Under the pieces are notes generated by a model. That model did not search any database, was not told the origin of the DNA, and saw only the letters and a list, made by a program, of their open reading frames with translations. A stretch of DNA of 63,267 nt, counting the filler, from Octopus bimaculoides (taxonomy: Eukaryota): NCBI RefSeq assembly GCF_001194135.2. It is 6 parts of 6 records of this genome, joined end to end, with 100 filler letters (N's around TTAATTAATTAA, not from the genome) between each part and the next. Parts side by side here need not be neighbours in the genome. Positions count along the whole stretch, not along the records: positions 53,990 to 59,260 come from NC_068986.1; positions 59,361 to 62,073 come from NW_026335284.1; positions 62,174 to 63,267 come from NC_069003.1; 3 more parts are not named here. One strand, 5' to 3'. Below, in pieces: positions 53,995 to 63,267 of this stretch. Both the position numbers and the translations under genes were made by a program. Position 1 is the first letter of the stretch, and each line of letters begins with the position of its first letter.

Positions 53995-54114
53995 AAAAAA
54001 AAAGGTACTGAAACCTATTTGAAAACGATACCAGGCTTACCATCCCTACAGGAAGTGCAAAAAATCGTGTCAACTGGAACGAATCATGTACTGAGAAGAA
54101 CATTATCGCTGTGA
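53995..54114 (+). mobile_element. R4/Dong-like C-terminal fragment
   Basis: KGTETYLKTIPGLPSLQEVQKIVSTGTNHVLRRTLSL* parallels the end of the 56155 element. Confidence 0.6.
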
Positions 54115-54299
54115 AAACAACATCCATTCATGAATTTTTTTTTTTTTAAATACATATTTTACCTGTGAATTTGCGTGTGTAAACTAGGAATGCATACAAC
54201 GAGTTTCTCTGCCCTAGATGTACGGAAAACACTCGGCGAGAAATGGAAGAAAATTTGAAGAAAGAAGAAAAAAAAAAGCAACATAATAATAATAATGTA

Positions 54300-55598
54300 T
54301 TGGGTTGTCCGGCAAGTTCGTGCCAATTTTTAAAGGAAAGAAAAGGGTCAATAAATACTTGCCATTACATTTTTAATCAACCAAATATGAACCATTTTGT
54401 TGCACAATACGTCTCCATCTTTTCTTTAATTTGAAAATACCCTTTTTCCAGAATTGAGGTGCTTTCATAGCAAAGAATTCATCAAGGTATCTTTTTATGT
54501 CATCCAAGGAATTGAAATTTTTACCATTAAGACTATTCTGCAGAGGGATGAATAAGTGGAAATCCGAAGGAGCAATATCTGGTGAATATGAAGGGTGGGG
54601 TAACACATCCCAGCTGAGCTGCAGCAATTTTTGTCTAGTTCCCAAAGAAACGTGCGGTCTTGCATTATCATGCTGGAAAACAACACCCTTCTTGTTGGCC
54701 AATTTTGGACGTTTCTCTTGAATTGCTGTTTTTAACTCGTCCAGTTGTGTGTAGTATTTCTCAGAATTGTCTGGTTACATGGGAGAAGCTCATAGTACAG
54801 AATTCCTTTCCAATCCCACCAGACACAAAGCAAGACTTTTTCAGGGTGAAGACCCGATTTTGGGGTGGCTAAGGGTGGCTCATGACGCTTATTTCAGGAT
54901 CGCTTTCTCTGAACATTTCGGTAGATAATCCATTTCTCATCACCCGTCACAATTTGCTTTAAAACAGGTGCGTTTTCATTCCGTTCATAAAGCGAATCAC
55001 TGATGGAAATGCGATCCAAAAGGTTCTTCTCACTCAACTCATGTGGTACCCAAACATCGTAGCGATTTGTGTACCCAAGCTTTACCAGGTGCTCATGAAC
55101 GACGGATTTTGATAGGTTGAGGTTTTCTGCTAATTCTCGGGTTGTGCAGTGTGGGTTATTCTCAATTAATGACTTGATTTGGTCATCATCTGTAGTGAAT
55201 GGTCTGCCTGATCGCTCTTTATCAATAAGGCTACAATCTCCAGCTCGGAACCTTGCGAACCACTTCGATACAGTTCTTTCGGATAAAGAAACATCACCGT
55301 AAACTGCGCATATTTCTTTGGTTGCTTGTGAGCCATTTTTCCCTTTACGGAAAAAGAACAGCATCAAGTGCTGAAAATGAACTTTCTTATCTTCCATTTT
55401 AAAGGGTTACAGAATTAACACAGGTTATAACCTGTGTTAATTCTGTAACATTCTGTAACATTCTTCCACGAAAAGATAGCTTAAACTGTGCTCTAAATGG
55501 AGGTGTAGTCAAAGCCTATTTTATGGACTCAACCATGTTCTAAAATAAGTCGAAAGATAAGCTACTATAAATCGGCACGAACTTTCCGGACAACCCAA
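54300..55598 (-). mobile_element. Full-length DD34D mariner transposon with inactivated transposase
   Basis: About 30-bp TIRs (TTGGGTTGTCCGG(C/A)AAGTTCGTGCC), TA at 54298-99 and 55599-600, 1299 bp. Transposase 55397 to 54373 has WVPHEL, TGDEKW, HDNARPH and YSPDIAPSD with 34 residues between the 2nd and 3rd D. One TGA at a Trp position (54896-54894) and one frameshift near 54765. Confidence 0.97.
55406..55449. repeat. Perfect 44-bp spacerless palindrome
   Basis: GTTACAGAATTAACACAGGTTA|TAACCTGTGTTAATTCTGTAAC. Confidence 0.97.
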
Positions 55599-56085
55599 TA
55601 CATTGTTTTGTCTTGATATAAAAGATGGGCTACAGCAAATATTCTGCTCAACACTACAGATTTGCTTGTCAGTTGCTTCACCTTAACCAGTTGAACATAG
55701 ATAGCCCTTAGTGGCTGACAATACGTGTATTTCTGATCACGAGTAGAAGTAGTGGGCATCATAGCCATGTGTTGAGAGGAATTGCTTGGAGTTTGAATAA
55801 TTCACCTCCGAAAACATGGGTGTTTTGTTCATCATCCTTAAACAACACTTATTCAGGGACCTTTTGAGAAGGATGGGCTACTCGACCTGAAGAAAACTCT
55901 AACTGGACCCCATCTGCAAGGTCATACGCTATTAATATTGATATGAGATCACCATGTCACGCACATATGGTTGTGATGTATGTGCCTAGTGTAACCTTAT
56001 CAGACGGGTAGTCATGATAGGTATATTGGGATTCGTATATTTGTACCCCAGTATCACTTTGATGGCATGCGCTGCTTTCTCACTC

Positions 56086-56154
<69 letters not shown>

Positions 56155-56156
<2 letters not shown>

Positions 56157-56721
56157 GCTATGCCAACACTATGGAATAACAACAGAAAAAAAATGGTATA
56201 AACACACGCCAGAAAAGGTCACAGAAAACGAGAAAGCAACCATACTCTGAGATATGCCAATACACACAGATAGAGAAATTAAGGCAAATAGACCAGATAT
56301 AGTTGTCAAAGATCATGAAGAAAAAAATGCTTTCTAATTGATGTATCAATACCAGCAGATGACAACGTTTCTCTAAAAGAAATGGAAAAACTTTCAAAAT
56401 ACAAAAACCTGGAAATAGAGATAACTCGAATGTGGAATCTAAAAACAGAAACAATTCCTATCATAGTAGGTGCCTTAGGTATAATAAAAAAATATTCAGA
56501 CAAATACATAACAAAAACACCAGGACTTACAAATATATATAACATACAGAAAATTGCACTACTGGGTACTGCACACATTCTACGCAAAACACTTTCAATA
56601 CAGTAAACATAAGAGCACCACAGCAAACCACAGCACATACCCAAGGCGCACAGAGCTGCGCTCGGTAGTGAAGTGAAAGCACGTTATAAAAATAAAACTA
56701 CTGAACAATAATAATAATAAT
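56155..56721 (+). mobile_element. R4/Dong-like non-LTR retrotransposon 3' end (restriction-like endonuclease)
   Basis: KLCQHYG..KWYKHTPEKV.ENEKATIL*DMPIHTDREIKANRPDIVV...LIDVSIP...KEMEKLSKY...GTAHILRKTL*; PD-(D/E)xK-type RPDI/IDV; 3' UTR and (AAT)n on both flanks. Confidence 0.9.
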
Positions 56722-56722
56722 A

Positions 56723-57477
56723 TTGTCTGGGAAGGATCACAGGAGAGTTTAATGAATTTCTTGTATTTCTGTGATTCTGTGACTGCTATGCTAGAAACCT
56801 ATGGCCTTAAGTCCAACATAAAATTTACGTCTAGTTTTTCAAAAGCTAGCGTTGAGTTTTTGGACACAAAAGTTAAGTTTTCTGGAGGCAGAATAGTGAC
56901 AGAGTTATTTTACAAGCCCGTGTAATTCCACATTTATCTCCACCGCCGCTCCGATCATCCACATCATCTAATTCGGTCAAATCCGAAATCCCAATTTTTT
57001 AGGATAAAACGGATTTGTATTGACATAGGGGATTACTGGAAGCATGCAAATGCATTTGTATATCATTATGACAAACGAGGTTACAGTGAATCACGCTTAA
57101 AGGAAATAGTAAATGAAATAGCTAAGATTAGTAATGTAAGTCAAACCTACACGCGTAAGTTTAGCAAACACAATACAATAGGTGACAGAATTCCTTTAGT
57201 GATTAACTGCCACCGACGTTTCGCTGGCATTTCATAAGTGTTGCATGAAAGTTACCAGCATGTGGCGAAAAAATACCCCTGTTTCAAACAGATATTTCCT
57301 CAGCCGCCCATTGTAGCCTTTAGACAGAATAAGAACATAAGAAAATTATTGACCTCTATATCTGACTCCAAGAAAACGAACATTGGAGTATCTGCACGCT
57401 GTACCTTAAAGAACAGCCACAAGAGAGGTAAGCCCTGTTCATTGTGCAACAACATGAATGAAGTGAATTCCATCTGA
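56723..57477 (+). mobile_element. Penelope-like element fragment (RT C-terminal half plus Cys linker)
   Basis: One frame with two stops: IVWEGS...VEFLDTKV..IVTELFYKPV*FHIYLHRRSDHPHH..SQFFRIKRIC...RGKPCSLC. Truncated just after where the RT catalytic motif would lie and before the GIY-YIG domain. Confidence 0.85.
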
Positions 57478-57499
57478 AACCATAACAGAAATGTTATGA

Positions 57500-59035
57500 T
57501 TTATACAGAAGGTGGAACAGGTAAAGATTCCCATTTGGTGGACGCGGCAGAGTGGAAAACCAAAGACCAAAACCAAATTGTACTCAAGTAATGACTCCCT
57601 AGAGAAGTTAATATTAAAAGGGGCATCTTCCAAGGTGACTCGTTTTCTCCGTTACTATTTGTAATTGCACTAATACCCATAACACTGACACTTAGGAAAG
57701 TTAAGATGGATTACCGATGTGGTAAGAAAGGCCCATCATTGATCCATTTTCTGTTTATAGATGACTTGAAGTTGTTTGGGAAATCTGAAAAGCAAATAGA
57801 TTCCTTAGCCAAAACAGTCTAGAAGTGTGATAGGGACATCGGTGTGGAATTTGGGATCACCAAATGCTCAGTACTTAATATGAAAAAGAGGAGGAAAGCG
57901 GCCTGCAGAGGATTGCGGTTACTATCAGGAGAGACCATGGGTGAACCTGACGGTAGTAGGTATAGATATTTAGGGATTTTGAAGCTGGATGACACTCTAC
58001 ACCGAGAAATGAAAGTCAAAATCAGCGAGGCGTATCAAAAAAGGGTGAAGATAGTGTTGAAATCCAGCCTGAATGCCAATAATTTGATTACTGCAATGAA
58101 TGTCTGGGCAGTTGCGGTGGTCAGATATAGAGCGTCCATCTGAGGATGGACGAAAGAAGAAATATCAACACTGGGCTGAAGGACGAGAAAGTTGATGACA
58201 CTGCATGGGGCGCTACACCCTAAAGCAAACGTAAACAGACTGTATATGAAAAGAAAGAGTGGTGGCAGAATACTAATTAGTATTGACCATTGTATAAGGA
58301 GTGAAAGGAGAATGTTTGCCGAGTATTTGATAAATAGTGATGAAGATCTGCTGCAATATGCCGCGAAAAATATGGGTGTAAATGCAGATGAAATGATGAG
58401 CAAGGAAGAGTTTAACCAATGAGCTGAAAGAGCGTGGAAAACGTGACTCACTTGGTAAGTGGATGTGAGAGCCTTGCACCAAGCGCCGCCACGATAAAGT
58501 GTGTGTATATCTTCATTAGCTCTCATGCCGTAGATACCAATTTGAAGTAACAGAGAACTGGTATGAGCATGTACCAAGTAAAGTTATGCAGGTGGATGGA
58601 AAAGTAACGATACTCTGGGACTATGATTTTCAGGCGGATCGTCTAATCCAACACCGTCGGCCGGATATTGTCATATTGAATAAGAGACAAATACTGTCAG
58701 ATCACTGATGTAGCCATACCAAATGACATGAATGTTATGAGTAAAAAGGTTGAAAAAATTTTCAAGTATTCCGAATTGAAAGTGGTAATGGCAAGATTGT
58801 ATGGAATGCGAGAGGGTAATGTAAAACTGATACCAGTGGGGCTCAGTCCCATTGACATTTCAAGACTTCTTAAGGCAACTTGAAATCCTATGCAAGATTG
58901 ATGTCTTGCAAAAAGCAGCCTTTTGGGGCACAGCGCACATGTTAAGGAAAGTATTATCTGTCTGAGGTCCTTGTTATGACTTGACATATGACTAAAGACT
59001 CCGGTGCATTTTTACCTACACTGTGTTACGAAGGA
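57500..59035 (+). mobile_element. R4/Dong-like retrotransposon, RT plus RLE, degenerate
   Basis: IKRGIFQGDSFSPLLF, FIDDLKLF, YRYLGI, RLYMKRKSGGR, partial Zn-knuckle (HLVSGC..RRHDKV), RRPDIVI, GTAHMLRKVL*; stops and an internal deletion; ends in (AAT)n. Confidence 0.92.
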
Positions 59036-59103
59036 ATAATAATAATAACAACAACAGCAATAATAATAATGATAATAATAATAGTAATAATAACAGCAAC
59101 CAC

Positions 59104-59163
<60 letters not shown>

Positions 59164-59260
59164 TACTATATAAAAAAGAAATGGAACAAAATAGTAAGTA
59201 CATATATTGAATAATTACGCATACACTCGAACGTGTACACAATGATATATACGTTTTGAT

Positions 59261-59360
59261 NNNNNNNNNNNNNNNNNNNNNNNNNNNNNNNNNNNNNNNN
59301 NNNNTTAATTAATTAANNNNNNNNNNNNNNNNNNNNNNNNNNNNNNNNNNNNNNNNNNNN
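59261..59360. other. Artificial scaffold linker
   Basis: 44 N + TTAATTAATTAA + 44 N. Confidence 0.97.
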
Positions 59361-59462
59361 TATATATATATATACACACATGCACACACACACACACACA
59401 CATATATATACATTTACACACACACACACACACCCATACAGACACACACATTTATATATAAT

Positions 59463-59682
59463 ATTGGTTTCAAATTTTGGCACAAGGCCAGCAATTTCGG
59501 GGAAGTGGGGCTAGTCAACTACATCGACCCCCAGTGCTCGACTGGTACTCATTTTATCAACCCCGAAAGGAAGAAAGGCAAAGTTGACTATGGCCAAATT
59601 TGAACTCAGTACGTAAAATACGAACAAAATGTTGTTAAGCATTTTGCCCGCTGTGCTAACAATTTTGGCAGTTCTCCGCCTT
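59463..59682 (-). mobile_element. SINE family A
   Basis: Reverse complement of head-core-tail. Confidence 0.8.
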
Positions 59683-59819
59683 ACATATATATCAATATAA
59701 TACAGAGTAATTCAAAACGAATGGTAACAATGCTGTGCTGACCATCTAGTTGTGGCCCCAGTTGAGAGAAGAGAGGCACCTGACTTCATTGCACAGCAAG
59801 ACGGGGCTCTTCCACTTTG

Positions 59820-60290
59820 GTAAAGGCAAAAAGGTAAGGTTTCCCTCTCATGTCATACTGAATCATAAGGGCTGGTTTCCCACTTTCTATGATGTATATA
59901 TTCCTCATCTGGACAGAGAAATGTGAAATGAAGTGTTTTGCTCAAGAACACGTATCGTCTGGTCCAGGAATCGAAACGTCAATCTTACAATCATGAGTCC
60001 AGCACCCTAACCACTAAGCCATGCACCCCCACTAAAAGGATAAAGATCCTTCTTGAGTCATGAAGATTCATAAGGGATGATTTCTCAGTTTCCATGGCGT
60101 TTATCTTCCCCACCAGGATAGGACAACAGTCCATCCCCGGATTACTCATTTTTGCCAGCTGAGTGGACTGACGCAATGTGAAATGAAGTGTTTTGCTCAA
60201 GAACACCACACAGTGACTGGTCCAGGAATTGAAATCACAATCTTATGATCAAGAGTACAACATCCTAACCACTAAGCCACATACTTCTAA
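59820..60290 (-). mobile_element. Two tandem family C SINE 5' parts
   Basis: Repeated GTGAAATGAAGTGTTTTGCTCAAGAACAC...CCTAACCACTAAGCCA at about 59920-60020 and 60178-60280. Confidence 0.75.
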
Positions 60291-60619
60291 CCCGCCACAT
60301 TGGCATAGACACGTATGCGATTACACCAACCAGTATCGTCCAGACTGTTGGATTGGCCATTTCGGGGTGAATGATCTGCCATTGACTGTCTGGCCCCGTA
60401 AAGTTACACCCTGACCTAATGCCTTGCAATTGTTTCCTTGGTGGGGGCATGGGAGGGGGAATAAAGTAGCAGACAGGCGATGCGATTGACTCAATTTATC
60501 AGGTTATGCTAGCACAGGTGTGGCAAGAACTAGACTATTAAGCAGCATACAGGTGGGCATCTGCTGTGTGGCAAAGGTCACCCACGTTGGACATCTGCTA
60601 TGTGGCAAAGGGCATCCAT

Positions 60620-60885
60620 GGACTTCCATCTCTTCCCAAAGATGAAAATGCAGCTCAAAGGTTGTCGTTTTAACACCATTGTTGAGATCCAGAACAAATT
60701 GTAGAAGATCCTCAACTTGCTTAGGAAAACGACCTCGAGGCCGGATTCCAGAAGTGGCAAGAATGCTGGGCCCGGTGTATAACTGCGTGAGGTGACTATT
60801 TCAAAGGAGATGATGTTAAAACGTAAGTAAACAAGTTAACTTTCATTATACAGAACTTGTCCAGGAACTCTTTGTTACCATTTCG
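60620..60885 (+). mobile_element. Mariner 3' fragment with TIR
   Basis: DFHLFPKMKMQLKGCRFNTIVEIQ...GFQKWQECWARCITA*GDYFKGDD, then CCAGGAACTCTTTGTTACCATTTCG + TA. Confidence 0.78.
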
Positions 60886-60944
60886 TAAATAAGTTTTTAT
60901 TTTACTGAACACAACTAGCCCGGGAACTCTTTGATACCATTTCG

Positions 60945-61335
60945 TCACATGGTTCCAGGTTCATTCCCACTGCGTGGCACCTTGGGCAAGTGACTTCTAC
61001 TATAGCTTCAGGCAGACCAAAGCCTTGTGAGTGGATTTGGTAAACGGAAACTGAAAGAAGCCCGTCGTATATATATATGTGTGTGTGTATATATATATAT
61101 ATGTATATATGTATATGTGTGTATATGTTTGTGTGTCTGTGTTTTTCCCCCCACCATTGCCTGACAAACCGATGGTGGTGTGTTTACGTCCCCCGTAACT
61201 TAGCAGTTCGGCAAAAGAGACCGAGAGAATAAGTACTAGGCTTCCAAAGAATAAGTCCTGGGGGTCGATTTGATCGACTGAAAGGCGGTGCTCCAGCATG
61301 GCACAGTCAAATGACCGAAACAAGTAAAAGAGAAA
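60945..61335 (+). mobile_element. SINE family B, 5'-truncated
   Basis: Core, internal microsatellite and tail as in 46561-46992. Confidence 0.88.
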
Positions 61336-61717
61336 AAAAAGAGAGATAACTTAGTCCGGGAACTTTTTGATACCATTTCATACATCTATATGTTTTGCAA
61401 TATAAGTTCATACGCATGGCTCTCTCATTGTACCATTCATTTTAAATTACTCTATATCGTTAATACAATTACTAAAGGTGTTTGGAAAAAAAAAAAAAAA
61501 CGTGTACAGATGTCAGAATTAGTTTAGAAACATCGGTGTTGGAAGTGAGAAAATTACCGTTCCAAAGAAAATGTTGGGAATTTTAGTTAAACCTTTACAT
61601 AGAAAGATAAAAAGACTGGCAAACACTTGCATCTTTTATGCACAGAATTTGATAAAGGCATCATACGCATGCATTCATATATACATATACATATACACAT
61701 GGTGCGTAACGTATATG

Positions 61718-61750
<33 letters not shown>

Positions 61751-62037
61751 TTTATGTACATATATACATACATATATACACACACACACACACACATATA
61801 TATATGCATATATATACATTGTATATATTATGTCTGTGTGTGTGCATGTATGTTCATGTGTCTATATATATTTATATACACACACACACTCATACACACA
61901 CACACTCATACACACACACACTCATACACACATGCATATATATATATATGTATGTATGTATACATGGATGTATGTTTACATGTATATATATACATTTGTG
62001 TATATGTACATATACACATAAATCCATCCATACATAC

Positions 62038-62073
<36 letters not shown>

Positions 62074-62173
62074 NNNNNNNNNNNNNNNNNNNNNNNNNNN
62101 NNNNNNNNNNNNNNNNNTTAATTAATTAANNNNNNNNNNNNNNNNNNNNNNNNNNNNNNNNNNNNNNNNNNNN
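62074..62173. other. Artificial scaffold linker
   Basis: 44 N + TTAATTAATTAA + 44 N. Confidence 0.97.
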
Positions 62174-62288
62174 GAGAGGTGGGGGCGGAGGGGGGGGGTC
62201 TCACTGTGGTTGTTAGACAAGTTTAGCAATGCGTGACGGTCTTCCCCTCCTTTCAGTGTTAGCAAAGAGAATGGCAAAGAGAACTCAC

Positions 62289-62336
62289 CAACTCCAACAC
62301 CACCGGCAACAGCAGCAGCACCACCACCACCACCAT
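62289..62336 (-). CDS. Candidate first coding exon (signal peptide) of papilin-like gene
   Basis: ATG at 62336 gives MVVVVVLLLLPVVLEL, then a GTGAGT donor (GT at 62288-62287) in phase 0. Joined to the 53208 exon it reads MVVVVVLLLLPVVLELLHG-QPTNET, a plausible signal peptide. Separated from exon 2 by three artificial linkers, so the join is inferred. Confidence 0.6.
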
Positions 62337-63267
62337 ATATAAAGTAGTTCCCTTACGTTAGTACAGAATAGTGGTGGTGGTGGTGGTGCTCTTACTGGTA
62401 GTGTTATATCCTCCACTTTTCTTCTGATAGAGCTGACTCGTGGATCACTGTTGCGTCAGTCAGATTCTTTTCAATTTTGTGCTTAAAACTTCTTGTTGTT
62501 CTTGTTGATGTGAACATTGTAGTAATAGAAATAGTACAATTAGTTGTTGCTGTCGTTGTTCTCATTGTTGTTGTAATAGTGGTGTTGTTGTTGTTGTTGG
62601 TGGTGGTGGTTACGATGAGGTTGTTAGCGGTGTTGATTTTAATGGTAATCTTTCGTCTTTGATAATCCCAGGTCAGACATGACGAAGCGAACTCGTCATC
62701 AAAGACATTCTTTTCAATGGCCGACTTAGAAGTTGTCTTCTTCCAAAGCGTTCCAACAAACTATCCACCAGTTGTCAGACGACTCACAAATACGCAGCGG
62801 CGGCGGCGTTTGAAAGTGATGAAGCGCTTTGTCGTTAGTCAACAGCCAATTCTACAAGGCTTTCCGTCGTCAGCGTTTTATTGCATTTCATGAGTTAATA
62901 TTGTCAGCATCGTCAGCACATATATACATCAAGCATTTAACTGAGTAAATGTGTTATTCGGCACCATTTGAAATGTTTCTCTCCAAATTACGTAATTAGT
63001 CATATTCTCACGTGACCCTCCTGTGTATTCTATCTGCCCAGCCCTGCCCCCTATCCTTCTCAGTTCCGACATTGATTTCACCTAATCTCTCTTTTAATTT
63101 TTTTCTATATAAAGTTTTCATCTTTTTAGGAGGATTTAGAAATTCTGTCTAAGACGCATAGAATTTGCGTGACGTTTCCCAGATATCAGCTTGTCTACAC
63201 TATCATCAAGCTTGTCTGAACCCCTAGATATTAGCGATTACCTAGATTGTCAAGGCCCCTAGATATT

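Noticed and set aside
62404-62760. 118-codon Thr/Asn-rich open frame on the minus strand
   Set aside because: No upstream start or acceptor, driven by ACA/AAC repeats; treated as leader sequence.
63170-63267. Short repeats AGCTTGTCT and CCCCTAGATATT at the window edge
   Set aside because: Only two copies each and cut by the window end; not enough to call.

Overview
Eukaryotic, AT-rich, microsatellite-saturated draft-genome DNA with many N gaps. The SINE/LINE content is what I associate with Octopus (inference, not searched). The window is six sequence blocks joined by five identical artificial 100-bp linkers (44 N + TTAATTAATTAA + 44 N), so contiguity across them is not guaranteed. One host gene is well supported: a minus-strand papilin-like (ADAMTS-like, non-protease) extracellular-matrix gene. 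Seven phase-compatible exons (62336 to 46134) splice to a signal peptide, a TSP1 repeat, the ADAMTS cysteine-rich module and the start of the spacer; I could not find the next exon. The rest is mobile DNA: a full-length DD34D mariner with TIRs and TA duplication, two DD37D (maT-type) relics, smaller mariner/Tc1/pogo/piggyBac pieces, a solo LTR with TSD, R4/Dong-like and Penelope-like retroelements stacked in (AAT)n, several tRNA-derived SINE families, a 5S rRNA pseudogene, an 18-bp G-rich minisatellite and many simple repeats. Almost all ORF-track ORFs are translations of microsatellites or N gaps. I found no CRISPR array, no intact tRNA or rRNA gene, and no convincing evidence of a wholly new biological system; the findings are testable leads.
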